A stretch of DNA of 64,000 bases from an uncultured Gammaproteobacteria bacterium (GCA_963766505.1 CAVYAL010000004.1:38733-102732); one strand, 5' to 3'; counted from the stretch's first letter, positions 10,869 to 20,829 are shown. Made by a program: numbers and translations. The notes: generated from the sequence alone by a model not told the origin.

Positions 10869-11906
10869 CTAGTCCAGTGCCTGGGCGAACAGGTCGCGCA
10901 GCACCTCGGTCTCCTTGAGGAAGGCATCGTGCCCGTAGAGTGATTCGATTTCGACCAGCCGGGAACCACCCGCGAGCCGGTCGCGGAGTTCGCGCATGTC
11001 CGCGAGCGGCACCAGCTGGTCCTCGGTCACGGCCAGCAGCGTGACCGGTACGCCGATCTCCTCCGGCGCGACGCGGTGCAGGTCTATGGACTCGGACAGG
11101 CAGACGAAGGCCTCCGGGCGATAGTGAGCCGCATAGCTCTCGCCCCGGGCCATCAGGTAGGACTCCACCTGGAACTCGAAGCCTGCGTCCGAACGCGCAG
11201 GCGGATCCGGAAACCGGTCTGCAAACTCGCGCGCAGAGCGGTAGGTAGCCATGGCCAGCGCGCGCGCCAGCACCAGTCCCTGCGGACCCTCGCCGTGCGA
11301 CAAGGCGTAACGCACTATCGCCCGCTGTACGCTGCGCCAGGCCGTGGACATCGGATGTGTGCGGTGCGCGGCGCTGATCACCACCGCATGCCCGATCCGG
11401 TCCGGCTGCGCCGCAGCCAGCGCCAGTATGACCATGCCACCGTACGAGGCCCCGACACCCGCCCTCAGCCTGCCGATGCCCAGGTGATCGAGCAGCGCGA
11501 CGAGCACGGCCGCCTGGTCGAACGTGCTGATGCTCGGAAAGAGTTCGCCCTGGCGGGGACCGGTACTGCGGTGGCTGCCTCCCAGGAAATCGAAGCCCAG
11601 TACGCGGAACTGGTCGGTATCGAGCGCGAGCCCCGGCCCGACGACCTCACCCCACCAGCCCTGCTCGGACGGCCTGACCGCGAACACCTCCCGGCCGGCC
11701 GAGATCCCGCCGAGCACGGCCACGACGGGGGCGCCCTGGCGGCCCGCCAGCCGATAGGCGATCTCGACCCGATCGATACGTCCGCCATAGGCGAGCGCGA
11801 GCGGCGCCGCGAGCATCAGCCGATCCTCGCGGCATTCGTAGCCCTCCGGCAGGACAACGGCACCCTCTTCAGGGACGATCGACGTCATCGGCGCGCACGA
11901 CTCCAC
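10869..11906 (-). CDS. metX: Homoserine O-acyltransferase (MetX family, alpha/beta hydrolase)
   Basis: Nucleophile elbow GASYGGMV, with a length and N-terminus typical of MetX. Sits directly upstream of metB and downstream of a SAM riboswitch. Alternative ATG start at 11888. Confidence 0.8.
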   Translation of the reverse strand: MESCAPMTSIVPEEGAVVLPEGYECREDRLMLAAPLALAYGGRIDRVEIAYRLAGRQGAPVVAVLGGISAGREVFAVRPSEQGWWGEVVGPGLALDTDQFRVLGFDFLGGSHRSTGPRQGELFPSISTFDQAAVLVALLDHLGIGRLRAGVGASYGGMVILALAAAQPDRIGHAVVISAAHRTHPMSTAWRSVQRAIVRYALSHGEGPQGLVLARALAMATYRSAREFADRFPDPPARSDAGFEFQVESYLMARGESYAAHYRPEAFVCLSESIDLHRVAPEEIGVPVTLLAVTEDQLVPLADMRELRDRLAGGSRLVEIESLYGHDAFLKETEVLRDLFAQALD

Positions 11907-12004
11907 GGCTGCAGGCGGGGCCTGCGACGAACTCGAGCATCCAGGGAACGGCGCGGGAGGTTGCCAGAGCCTATGGCCCGGTACCCGGCGGGGCCAGCTT
12001 CACG

Positions 12005-12122
12005 GCAACTCATCTCTCGGCAGGCGACGCCCCCGTGGAGTTGGCACCTTTTCGGGCGGGTATTGCCCGACGGTTGCCCCGGCTTCGCAGGGCCAGTCCC
12101 TCAGCCGGTCTCGATGAGCGGC
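12005..12122 (-). promoter_or_regulatory. SAM-I (S-box) riboswitch
   Basis: The minus-strand sequence is CTCATCGAGACCGGCTGAGGGACTGGCCCTGCGAAGCCGGGGCAACC...AAGGTGCCAACTCC...GAGAGATGAG. This gives the P1 helix CTCATC/GATGAG plus the conserved GAGGGA, GGCCC, GCAACC and GGTGCCAA elements. Confidence 0.85.
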
Positions 12123-12126
12123 CGGG

Positions 12127-12156
12127 AGTGTAGAGGGCGCCCTGCGCCAGCGTCAA
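12127..12156 (-). promoter_or_regulatory. Putative promoter of the metX-metB leader
   Basis: On the minus strand, TTGACG-N18-TACACT ends about 7 nt before the riboswitch P1 helix. Confidence 0.4.
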
Positions 12157-12221
12157 GCGGCCTTGCGGAGCTCCTGCCAATGCACTAATGTGCTAATACG
12201 CTGACACATGATCCAGCCCAC

Positions 12222-12530
12222 GTGAAAAACCATCGCACCCTCTCACCACGCCAGGAGGCAGCCGCCGAGCGCGCGCTGTTCCAGGCGATCCTGACGCTGC
12301 GCACCGTCGAGGAGTGCCGCGACTTCTTCCGCGACCTGTGCACGCCCGCCGAGCTGCAGGCGCTGGCGGATCGCTGGGCGGTCGTGGGCCTGCTCCAGCA
12401 GGGAATTCCGTACCGCCAGATCCACCAGGCCACCGGCGTCAGCGTCACGACGATCGGCCGGGTAGCGCGGTATTTCGCGGCCGGAAACGGCGGTTATTCG
12501 CTCGCGGCCCGTCGCTTGAAGGAGCGTTGA
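12222..12530 (+). CDS. YerC/YecD (TrpR-related) family DNA-binding protein
   Basis: 102 aa, with ...LRTVEECRDFFRDLCTPAELQALADRWAVVGLLQQGIPYRQIHQATGVSVTTIGRVARY... (helix-turn-helix). GTG start. Confidence 0.7.
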   Translation: MKNHRTLSPRQEAAAERALFQAILTLRTVEECRDFFRDLCTPAELQALADRWAVVGLLQQGIPYRQIHQATGVSVTTIGRVARYFAAGNGGYSLAARRLKER

Positions 12531-12532
12531 AC

Positions 12533-13432
12533 TTGGAAGACGGCAACCGCCTCAAGATCGCCATCCAGAAGTCCGGCCGCCTGACCGAGCACTCGCTCGA
12601 CCTGCTCGGCCGCTGCGGGCTCAAGTACAGCCGCGGACGCGACCAGCTGATGTGTTACGGGGAGAACATGCCGCTGGACCTGCTGTTCGTGCGGGACGAT
12701 GACATCCCGGATCTCGTGCAGGAGGACGTCTGCGATCTCGGCATCGTTGGCCTGAACGTCATCGAGGAAAAGCGCCTGGCGATGACCGCGCGGGGACGGG
12801 AACCGCGCTTCGAAATCGTGCAACGACTCGACTTCGGTCGCTGCCGGCTGGCGATCGCAGTGCCGCAGGAGTCCTCATTCGATGGCATACGCTCGATTGC
12901 GGGAACCCGCATCGCTACGACCTACCCGCACGTGCTCGGCAGGTTCCTGCGCGAACATTCGATCGAAGCGGATATCGTAACGCTGTCGGGGGCGGTGGAG
13001 ATCGCGCCCCGGCTGGGGCGCGCCGACCTGATCTGCGACCTCGTCTCCACCGGCTCGACGCTGATTGCGAACCACCTGCGCGAGCTGGCCGTGGTCCTCG
13101 AGAGCGAGGCCGTGCTGGTGCGCACGCCGGTGCCGCTGCCGGAGGACAAGGCTGACTGGGTGCGGCGGCTGCTGATGAGGATAGACGGCGTCCAGCAGGT
13201 CCGGGAGAGCAAGTACATCATGCTGCATGCCCCGCGCAGCGCGCTCGACCGGATTCGCAGCCTCCTCCCGGGGAGCGAGTCGCCGACCGTGATTCCGCTC
13301 GATTCTGCCGGCGAGAAGCTGGCGGTGCATGCTGTCTGCCGGGAGACAGTATTCTGGGAGACTCTCGAGGCCCTCAAGGCTGCGGGGGCCAGCGCAATAC
13401 TCGTGATACCGGTGGAGAAGATCCTGCCATGA
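12533..13432 (+). CDS. hisG: ATP phosphoribosyltransferase (long form)
   Basis: RLKIAIQKSGRLTEHSLDLL..., LVSTGSTLIANHL and a C-terminal regulatory domain. No ATG is available, so the start is TTG at 12533 or 12527. Confidence 0.85.
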   Translation: MEDGNRLKIAIQKSGRLTEHSLDLLGRCGLKYSRGRDQLMCYGENMPLDLLFVRDDDIPDLVQEDVCDLGIVGLNVIEEKRLAMTARGREPRFEIVQRLDFGRCRLAIAVPQESSFDGIRSIAGTRIATTYPHVLGRFLREHSIEADIVTLSGAVEIAPRLGRADLICDLVSTGSTLIANHLRELAVVLESEAVLVRTPVPLPEDKADWVRRLLMRIDGVQQVRESKYIMLHAPRSALDRIRSLLPGSESPTVIPLDSAGEKLAVHAVCRETVFWETLEALKAAGASAILVIPVEKILP

Positions 13433-14748
13433 GCGTGTCTCTGGGCATTTATGCCTGGGCTGATCTCGGCCCGGCCGAACGAAACGAGGTGCTGCAGCGG
13501 CCGGCGCAGCGCGACCCGGTCACGCTGATGGCGCGCGCTTCGCGGATCGTCGAGGACGTGCGGACCCGCGGCGACGCCGCAGTGCTGGAATACACGGCGC
13601 AACTCGACGCGGCAAAGCTCGATGTGCTCGCCGTCAGCACGGCGGAAATCGATGCCGCGATGGCCACGATCTCCGGCGAGGCGCGCGCTGCGCTCACCCG
13701 GGCGATCGACAATGTGACGCGCTTCCACGAGGCGCAGTCGCTGGAGCCCGTCAGCATGGAAACCTCGCCGGGCGTCGTCTGCGAGCGTCGCATGGTGCCG
13801 CTGGACGCAGTCGGACTGTACGTCCCGGCGGGCACTGCACCCCTCCCCTCCACCGCCATCATGCTGGCGGTGCCCGCCCGCATAGCCGGCTGCCCGGTCC
13901 GCGTGATCTGCACGCCGCCCCGACCGGATGGTTCGGCCGATCCGGCGGTGCTCGCCGCCGCACGCCTCTGCGGCGTCGAGCAGGTGTTCAAGATCGGCGG
14001 CGCCCAGGCCGTGGCCGCGCTCGCCTATGGCACCGCCTCCGTGCCGAAAGTGGACAAGATATTCGGGCCGGGCAATGCCTGGGTCACTGCAGCCAAGCAG
14101 CTGGTCGCCGCGGACTCCGCGGGTGCGGCGCTCGACATGCCCGCCGGACCGAGCGAGGTGCTGGTGATCGCGGACGAGACGGCGCGTCCGCAATTCGTCG
14201 CCTCGGACCTGCTGGCCCAGGCCGAGCACAGCGAGGACGCGCAGGTCCTGCTGGTGACGACCTCCACCGGACTCGCGGCGGAGACGATCGCCGAGCTGAG
14301 CCTGCAGATGGCGAACCTTCCGCGGCGCGCGATCATCGAACGCTCGATCAGCAGCAGTCGCGTGATCGTCGTCGATGGGCTCGAGAGCGCTTTCGAGGTG
14401 AGCAACCGATACGCCCCGGAGCACCTGATACTTCAGCTGGCAGAGCCTCGCCGCTGGCTGGAGCGGGTTCGCAACGCCGGTTCGGTGTTCCTCGGCCCCT
14501 GGACGCCCGAGACGATGGGCGATTACTGCAGCGGGACGAACCACGTGCTGCCGACCTACGGTCATGCACGCGCCTACAGCGGCTTGAGCGTGTTCGATTT
14601 CGTCAAGCGGATCACCGTGCAGGAACTCTCGCCGGCGGGCCTGATCGACCTGGGACCGACGGCGCGCACGCTGGCCAGGCTCGAGTCGCTCGATGCCCAC
14701 GCGAACGCGGTGACGGTGCGGCTCGAGGCGCTGGGGCACGGGAGCTGA
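13429..14748 (+). CDS. hisD: Histidinol dehydrogenase
   Basis: Full-length HisD-like: IFGPGNAWVTAAK, QAEHSEDAQ, MGDYCSGTNHVLPT. ATGA overlap with hisG. Confidence 0.95.
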   Translation: MSVSLGIYAWADLGPAERNEVLQRPAQRDPVTLMARASRIVEDVRTRGDAAVLEYTAQLDAAKLDVLAVSTAEIDAAMATISGEARAALTRAIDNVTRFHEAQSLEPVSMETSPGVVCERRMVPLDAVGLYVPAGTAPLPSTAIMLAVPARIAGCPVRVICTPPRPDGSADPAVLAAARLCGVEQVFKIGGAQAVAALAYGTASVPKVDKIFGPGNAWVTAAKQLVAADSAGAALDMPAGPSEVLVIADETARPQFVASDLLAQAEHSEDAQVLLVTTSTGLAAETIAELSLQMANLPRRAIIERSISSSRVIVVDGLESAFEVSNRYAPEHLILQLAEPRRWLERVRNAGSVFLGPWTPETMGDYCSGTNHVLPTYGHARAYSGLSVFDFVKRITVQELSPAGLIDLGPTARTLARLESLDAHANAVTVRLEALGHGS

Positions 14749-14750
14749 CG

Positions 14751-15806
14751 ATGGCTTCGGTACTGGACCTGGCACGCCCCGACATACTCAGGCTGGCCCC
14801 CTACCAGCACGCGGTCTGGGACGCCTCGCTCGAGCGGATGCACGCGAACGAGATGCCCTGGCGCGCCCAGGGGGACAACACGCCGCAGGGGCTCAATCGC
14901 TACCCGGAGCCGCAGCCGAGGGCACTCATCGAGCGCCTCGCGCTGCTGTACGGGGTCCCGCCCGAAAGAATCCTGGCTGGTCGCGGCAGCGACGAGGCCA
15001 TCGACCTGCTGGTACGGGCCTTCTGCCGCGCCGGGCAGGATGCGGTCGTGATCTGCCCGCCGACTTTCGGCATGTATCGGGTCGCGGCGCGAATCCAGGG
15101 GGCCGAGGTCCTCGAGGTGCCGCTGCTGGCGGAGAGCTGCGCGCTGGACCTGCCGGCCGTGACCGCGGCAGGACGCGAGGCGAAAATCGTCTTTCTCTGC
15201 TCTCCGAACAATCCGACCGGCAACCTGCTTTCGGAACGAGACATCCTGGCCCTGGCCCGGTCGTTGGCCGGGTCCGCGCTGGTGGTCGTGGACGAGGCCT
15301 ACGTCGAGTTCGCGGACCAGCCGAGCCTCGCACGACACCTCGAGGCACTGCCGAACCTGGTCGTGCTGCGCACGCTCTCCAAGGCCTACGCGCTGGCCGG
15401 ATCCCGTTGCGGCGCGATGCTGGCCGCACCGGAAGTCGTGGCGCTGCTGCGACGGATCATCCCTCCGTACGCGATCACCTCCTCCACGGTAGACGAGGTG
15501 CTCGCACTGACCGAGGCCCCGCAGCGAGCGCTGGGCGCAGCACGCATTGCGACGCTGCTCGAGGAGCGTGGGATGCTCGGCCAGCGGCTCGCACGGTTGC
15601 CGCTGGTGAAGCGGGTCTTTCCCTCGGACGCCAATTTCCTGCTGGTCCGCTGCAGCGACCCGGCGCTCGTCCTCGAGGCCGCGCGCTCGACGGGACTGCT
15701 GCTGCGCGACTTCTCCAGCGTCCCGGGGCTCGACGGCTGCGTCCGTATCACGGTCGGGACTCCCGAACAGAACCAGCGCCTGCTCGGCGCGCTGGAGCGC
15801 CGATGA
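14751..15806 (+). CDS. hisC: Histidinol-phosphate aminotransferase
   Basis: NRYPEPQP, FLCSPNNPTGN, RTLSKAYALAGSRCG. Confidence 0.9.
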   Translation: MASVLDLARPDILRLAPYQHAVWDASLERMHANEMPWRAQGDNTPQGLNRYPEPQPRALIERLALLYGVPPERILAGRGSDEAIDLLVRAFCRAGQDAVVICPPTFGMYRVAARIQGAEVLEVPLLAESCALDLPAVTAAGREAKIVFLCSPNNPTGNLLSERDILALARSLAGSALVVVDEAYVEFADQPSLARHLEALPNLVVLRTLSKAYALAGSRCGAMLAAPEVVALLRRIIPPYAITSSTVDEVLALTEAPQRALGAARIATLLEERGMLGQRLARLPLVKRVFPSDANFLLVRCSDPALVLEAARSTGLLLRDFSSVPGLDGCVRITVGTPEQNQRLLGALERR

Positions 15807-16879
15807 GCGAAGCAAGGGTACTTTTCATCGACCGGGACGGGACGCTGATCGAGGAACCCCCCGACGAGCAGGTGGACAGCCTCGGCAAGTTGCGGCTGCT
15901 CCCGGGCGTTATTCCCGCGCTGCTCGAATTGCAGCGCGCGGGCTACCGGCTCGTGCTGGTCAGCAACCAGGACGGCCTCGGCACGGATTCGTTCCCGGAG
16001 CAGAGCTTCCGCGAGCCGCAGGACTTCCTGCGCGGCCTGTTCGCTTCCCAGGGCATCGAGTTCGATGCCGAGTTCTTCTGTCCACATTTCGCCCACGACG
16101 GTTGCGGCTGTCGCAAGCCGCAGACCGGCCTGCTGACGGAGTTCCTCGCCAGCACCCGCATCGACCGGGAGCAGAGCTTCGTGATCGGCGACCGGGACAC
16201 GGACATGCAACTGGCCGCGAACCTGGGCCTGGCGGGCTTGCGCGTTCGGCGCCACGGCGATGCCGGCGAAACCTGGACCGCGATCGCCGCGCGGCTGTGC
16301 ACCCCCCCGAGGACTGCGCGCGTGACCCGCCGGACCAGGGAAACGGACATCGTGCTCGACGTCGACCTCGACGCCGAGGGCCCGGTTTCCATCGCAACGG
16401 GTATCGGGTTTTACGATCACATGCTGGAGCAGGTCGCACGCCATGGCGGCTTCGCGCTTCAACTCAGCTGCACCGGCGACCTCGCTGTGGACGAGCACCA
16501 CACCGTCGAGGACTGCGCGCTTGCACTGGGACAAGGGCTGCGCGTTGCGCTGGGCGACAAGCGCGGCATCGGTCGCTATGGCTTCGTGCTGCCGATGGAC
16601 GAGGCCCTCGCACAGGTCGCTGTGGACCTGTCGGGTCGGTCCTACGCGGTCTTCCAGGGACGTTTCGCGCGGGATGCCGTCGGCGGGCTGCCGACGGAAC
16701 TCGTGCCGCACTTCTTCCGCTCGCTGGCGGACAGCCTGGGCGCGGCCATACACGTCGAGGTCCGCGGCGAGAACACGCACCACATGGTCGAAGCCTGCTT
16801 CAAGGGCCTGGGCCGCGCGCTGCGCCAGGCGATACGCCGCGAGGGCACTGCACTGCCCAGCAGCAAGGGCGTGCTCTGA
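15803..16879 (+). CDS. hisB: Bifunctional histidinol-phosphatase / imidazoleglycerol-phosphate dehydratase
   Basis: MSEARVLFIDRDGTLIEEP (HAD N-terminus), followed by the IGPD motifs IGFYDHMLEQ and HHMVEACFKGLGRAL. ATGA overlap with hisC. Confidence 0.95.
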   Translation: MSEARVLFIDRDGTLIEEPPDEQVDSLGKLRLLPGVIPALLELQRAGYRLVLVSNQDGLGTDSFPEQSFREPQDFLRGLFASQGIEFDAEFFCPHFAHDGCGCRKPQTGLLTEFLASTRIDREQSFVIGDRDTDMQLAANLGLAGLRVRRHGDAGETWTAIAARLCTPPRTARVTRRTRETDIVLDVDLDAEGPVSIATGIGFYDHMLEQVARHGGFALQLSCTGDLAVDEHHTVEDCALALGQGLRVALGDKRGIGRYGFVLPMDEALAQVAVDLSGRSYAVFQGRFARDAVGGLPTELVPHFFRSLADSLGAAIHVEVRGENTHHMVEACFKGLGRALRQAIRREGTALPSSKGVL

Positions 16880-16889
16880 GGCCGACCGC

Positions 16890-17486
16890 TTGAGCGCCGT
16901 GGCAATCATCGACAGCGGCGGAGCGAACATCGCCTCGCTCCAGTTCGCGCTGCAGCGCCTGGGCGCAGAGTCGAGGCTCACGGCCGATACCGACGAGCTG
17001 CTGGCAGCTCCTCGAATCCTGCTTCCTGGCGTGGGTGCGGCTGCGGATGCGATGCAGCGACTGCACACGCTCGGGATCGCGGAGCTGATCCCGACATTGA
17101 GGCAACCGGTGCTGGGGATCTGCCTGGGCATGCAGTTGCTGTTCGAGCGCAGCGAGGAAGGCGACACGCGCTGCCTGGGCATCCTTCCGGGACACGTACG
17201 CCGCTTCCCGGTCCGCGCGGGCCTGCCCGTTCCACACATGGGCTGGAACCAGCTGCGCCCGGCGCGGAGCTCGGCGCTGCTGCGCGGCATCGAAGCCGGG
17301 GACTACGTGTACTTCGTGCACAGCTACGCTGCGCCGGTCGCAGCCGCGACGCTGGCGAGCTGCGACTACGGGGGCGAATTCTCGGCCGTGGTGGCGCACG
17401 GGAACTTCTACGGCACGCAGTTCCATCCCGAGCGCTCCGCCACGGTCGGCGCGAGGCTGCTGGCCAATTTTCTGGAGTTGAACTGA
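16890..17486 (+). CDS. hisH: Imidazole glycerol phosphate synthase, glutaminase subunit
   Basis: VAIIDSGGANIASL, LPGVGAAADAM, GICLGMQLL, FVHSY, TQFHPERS. The start is TTG 16890 or GTG 16899. Confidence 0.9.
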   Translation: MSAVAIIDSGGANIASLQFALQRLGAESRLTADTDELLAAPRILLPGVGAAADAMQRLHTLGIAELIPTLRQPVLGICLGMQLLFERSEEGDTRCLGILPGHVRRFPVRAGLPVPHMGWNQLRPARSSALLRGIEAGDYVYFVHSYAAPVAAATLASCDYGGEFSAVVAHGNFYGTQFHPERSATVGARLLANFLELN

Positions 17487-18226
17487 TGCTGCTGATCCCG
17501 GCGATCGACCTGCGCGCAGGACGCTGTGTGCGCCTGCTGCAGGGTAGATTCGACGCCGAGACCGTCTACTCCGACGACCCGGCCGCGGTACTCGCGGACT
17601 TTCGGGCACTCGGTGCCGGGCGGGTGCACATAGTCGATCTCGACGGGGCGCGAGGTGATGCGGACACGAACCGTGGCGTCATCGAGACGCTCGCGGCCGG
17701 GCGGGAACCGTCACTGCAGGTTGGTGGCGGCATCCGCAGCTCCGCTGCGCTCGGGGCTCTGCTCGCGCTCGGCATCGAGCGCGCGGTGGTCGGCAGCGTG
17801 GCAGTAGCCGACCCGCCGCTCGTGAGGCAGTGGTTCGACGAGCACGGCCCGGACCGGCTGGTGCTGGCGCTCGACGTCCGCGTAGACGCGGGCCGGGTGC
17901 CGCGACTGACGACCCACGGCTGGGAACGGCAGTCGGCCGTGAGCCTGTGGCAGGCAATCGAGGACTATCTGGAGTGCGGCCTCAGGCACGTGCTGTGCAC
18001 CGACGTCGAGCGCGACGGTGCGCTGTCCGGACCGAATCTCGACCTGTACAACGAGGCCGTCCGCCGCTTCCCCCAGCTCGACTGGCAGGCTTCGGGCGGC
18101 GTGCGTGACGTCGGCGACCTCACGGCACTCGCCGATACCGGCGTCGCCGCCGTGATCAGCGGCCGGGCCCTGCTGGAGGGCCGAATGCAGGCAACGGAGC
18201 TCGAGCCATTCTTGCAAAGCGAATAA
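17486..18226 (+). CDS. hisA: ProFAR isomerase
   Basis: [17 protein letters not shown]..., QVGGGIRS, full length. Confidence 0.95.
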   Translation: MLLIPAIDLRAGRCVRLLQGRFDAETVYSDDPAAVLADFRALGAGRVHIVDLDGARGDADTNRGVIETLAAGREPSLQVGGGIRSSAALGALLALGIERAVVGSVAVADPPLVRQWFDEHGPDRLVLALDVRVDAGRVPRLTTHGWERQSAVSLWQAIEDYLECGLRHVLCTDVERDGALSGPNLDLYNEAVRRFPQLDWQASGGVRDVGDLTALADTGVAAVISGRALLEGRMQATELEPFLQSE

Positions 18227-18975
18227 TCCCCTGCCTGGACGTCCGTGACGGCCAGGTCGTCAAGGGCGTGCGTTTCCGGGATCACCGCGTGGTCGGGGAC
18301 ATCCTCGAGCTCGCGGCGCGATATCGCGACGAGGGCGCGGACGAACTGGTGTTCTACGACATCACTGCAAGTCCCGAGCAGCGTTCGGTGGACCGCAGCT
18401 GGGTGACGCGCGTCGCCCAGGTGCTCGACATACCGTTCTGCGTCGCCGGCGGCATCCGCAGCGTCGCCGAAGCCGAGGGCGTGCTGAACGCCGGCGCCGA
18501 GAAGATCTCCGTGAACACGCCAGCGCTGGCCGACCCCGGACTGATCGACCGCCTCGCGCGTCGATTCGGCTCCCAGTGCGTCGTGGTCGGAATCGACAGC
18601 CAGACCGTCGCGGACGGTTATGTCGTGTACCAGTACACGGGGGATCCGGAGCGCTCGCAGGCCTCGGGCCGCGGGACGATCGACTGGCTGCGTGAAGTCC
18701 AGGACCGGGGCGCGGGCGAGATCGTGCTCAACTGCATGGCGAGCGACGGCGTTCGCCAGGGCTACGACGTCGAGCAGCTGCGCCGGGCGCGCGCGCACTG
18801 CCACGTGCCGCTGATAGCCTCCGGCGGCGCAGGTACCATGGCGCACTTCGAAGCCGCGTTCACGCAGGCCAATGTAGACGGAGCCCTGGCAGCCAGCGTG
18901 TTTCACGGTGGCATGATCGCAATCCCCGAACTCAAGCGTTACCTTCAGGGCCAGGGCGTCGAGGTAAGAACGTGA
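18208..18975 (+). CDS. hisF: Imidazole glycerol phosphate synthase, cyclase subunit
   Basis: The conserved N-terminus (I)[22 protein letters not shown] is encoded upstream of the first ATG/GTG/TTG in frame (GTG 18268). The only plausible initiator is ATT at 18208. The remainder is a full-length HisF. Confidence 0.85.
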   Translation: MLAKRIIPCLDVRDGQVVKGVRFRDHRVVGDILELAARYRDEGADELVFYDITASPEQRSVDRSWVTRVAQVLDIPFCVAGGIRSVAEAEGVLNAGAEKISVNTPALADPGLIDRLARRFGSQCVVVGIDSQTVADGYVVYQYTGDPERSQASGRGTIDWLREVQDRGAGEIVLNCMASDGVRQGYDVEQLRRARAHCHVPLIASGGAGTMAHFEAAFTQANVDGALAASVFHGGMIAIPELKRYLQGQGVEVRT

Positions 18976-19601
18976 TCCCGGAATCGCTGCAGGGACTGGA
19001 CTGGGACAAGGGCGACGGCCTGCTGCCCGCGATCGTGCAGCACGCGACAAGCGGTCGCATCCTGATGCTGGGCTACATGAGCGAGGCTGCGCTCATCGAG
19101 ACGCTGCGACGCGGACGGGTTGTCTTCTTCAGCCGCTCTCGCGGCCAGCTCTGGCTGAAGGGCGAGACCTCCGGCAACTATCTGGACCTCGTGCAGATCA
19201 GCACCGACTGCGACGGGGACAGCCTGCTCGTGCTCGCGCAACCGACCGGACCGACCTGCCACAAGGGCACCGAGTCCTGCTTTGCCGAGGCGCGGCACAC
19301 GGACGCGGAGCGTTTCGCGTTCCTGGGCCTGCTCGAGGCAACGATCGAGGCCAGGATCGCCGACCAGCCGGAAGGCAGCTACACGGCACGGCTGTTCGCG
19401 CAGGGCCCGAGTCGCCTGGCGCAGAAGGTCGGCGAGGAAGGCCTCGAGACCGCGCTTGCCGCGGTGACCCGAGACGACGACGGCGTGCGCAGCGAGGCGG
19501 CGGACCTGCTCTTCCACCTGCTCGTGCTGCTCAAGGCCCGTGGCCTGTCCTTCGCAGACGTCGTCGAGGAGCTTCGCTCACGCCACGGCGCGCGGCCCTG
19601 A
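18972..19601 (+). CDS. hisIE: Bifunctional phosphoribosyl-AMP cyclohydrolase / phosphoribosyl-ATP pyrophosphatase
   Basis: [19 protein letters not shown] and [16 protein letters not shown] (HisI), then [11 protein letters not shown]...[13 protein letters not shown] (HisE). Confidence 0.9.
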   Translation: MIPESLQGLDWDKGDGLLPAIVQHATSGRILMLGYMSEAALIETLRRGRVVFFSRSRGQLWLKGETSGNYLDLVQISTDCDGDSLLVLAQPTGPTCHKGTESCFAEARHTDAERFAFLGLLEATIEARIADQPEGSYTARLFAQGPSRLAQKVGEEGLETALAAVTRDDDGVRSEAADLLFHLLVLLKARGLSFADVVEELRSRHGARP

Positions 19602-20771
19602 ATCGCCGGCTCGCGCTACGACCAGCATCGCGGCCGCAGCGGCCGCCACGATCGTCGCGGCCAGGATGAATGCGGTCGGGGCACCCTGCCACTCCCAGAC
19701 CAGGCCGAACAGCACCGCGCCCGGCAGCACCAGCAGGCCGCTCGAGAGGTGGTACAGGCCGAAGGCCGTGCCCCGCTCCCCCGGCGAGGCCTGATCGCCG
19801 ATCAGCGAGCGCTCGGCCGGCTCGGTGATCGCAAGCGAGGCCGAATACGCGATGAACAGCAGCCACACGCCGATCGGGCCGGGCTCGCTGAGACCGAGCA
19901 ACACCAGCACCAGCACGCGCGCGCACCAGCCGACGGTGAGCACCGGCAGCCGCCCGACGCGGTCCGAGACGATGCCCGCGGGCAGCGTGATGAACATCTT
20001 CGCCAGACTTGCGGCCGCCCAGACGAGCGGAATCCACACGAGGTCGACGCCGGCGTCCCGGGCCCAGAGCACGATGAAGACCTCGGGCACGCTGGCCAGC
20101 GCCAGCAGTCCTGCGACGACGATCATGGCCCTGAGGCGGCCGTGCAGCGAGCGCCACGCCAGCGGCGCAGGGGCCGCTGCGCCCGCTCCGGGCGGAGCGC
20201 CCGGCAGACCCCAGACCAGCAGCAGCAGGACCATCGCGCCGGGAATCGCAGAGGCCAGGAACACGCCGCTCATTTCCACGTTTGCACTGAGCAGCCCAAA
20301 GGCGACGAGCGGACCGATGACGGCCCCCGCGTGATCCATCGAGCGGTGAAAGCCGAATGCGCGCCCACGCGAGTCGGCTCCCGTCGCGCCGGCTATCAAC
20401 GCGTCGCGAGGGGCCGTGCGCAGGCCCTTGCCCACGCGGTCCAGGAAACGTAGCGAAAGCACGGCGGCCCAGGAGATCGCGAGGCCGATCAGCGGTCGCG
20501 CCACGTTGGAGAGCCCGTAGCCGCCGAGCACGAGTGCCTTCGCCGGGACACCGCGGTCTGCGAGCCGGCCCGAGACGAGCTTCAGCACGCTGGCCGTCGC
20601 CTCGGCCAGGCCCTCGATGAAGCCGACGATCGCCGGTCCCGCCCCGAGCGTTGCAGTCAGGAACAGCGGCAGCAGCGGCGTGATCATCTCGCTGGCCGAG
20701 TCGTTCAGCAGCGAAACCAGGCCGAGCACGACCACCGTGCGAGGCAGGCCGCTCCTGAGCCGCTCGATCAC
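19578..20771 (-). CDS. MFS transporter
   Basis: 397 aa, 12 predicted TM segments, LVSLLNDSASEMITPLLPLFL N-terminus. Its 3' end overlaps the 3' end of hisIE by 24 nt (convergent). Confidence 0.7.
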   Translation of the reverse strand: MIERLRSGLPRTVVVLGLVSLLNDSASEMITPLLPLFLTATLGAGPAIVGFIEGLAEATASVLKLVSGRLADRGVPAKALVLGGYGLSNVARPLIGLAISWAAVLSLRFLDRVGKGLRTAPRDALIAGATGADSRGRAFGFHRSMDHAGAVIGPLVAFGLLSANVEMSGVFLASAIPGAMVLLLLVWGLPGAPPGAGAAAPAPLAWRSLHGRLRAMIVVAGLLALASVPEVFIVLWARDAGVDLVWIPLVWAAASLAKMFITLPAGIVSDRVGRLPVLTVGWCARVLVLVLLGLSEPGPIGVWLLFIAYSASLAITEPAERSLIGDQASPGERGTAFGLYHLSSGLLVLPGAVLFGLVWEWQGAPTAFILAATIVAAAAAAMLVVARAGDSGPRAVA

Positions 20772-20829
20772 CCGGCGCTGCCGCGCGGCGCCGCGACGAA
20801 TCGGTGCATCCGACCTGCCACGGGCCAGC

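Noticed and set aside
12126-12532. A histidine-codon leader peptide or attenuator for the his operon.
   Set aside because: There is no run of His codons and no terminator hairpin upstream of hisG. The space is occupied by the YerC-like ORF.
19578-19601. The 24-nt convergent overlap of the hisIE and MFS gene 3' ends as a regulatory antisense feature.
   Set aside because: Short convergent overlaps are common in compact high-GC genomes. No structure or motif is evident.
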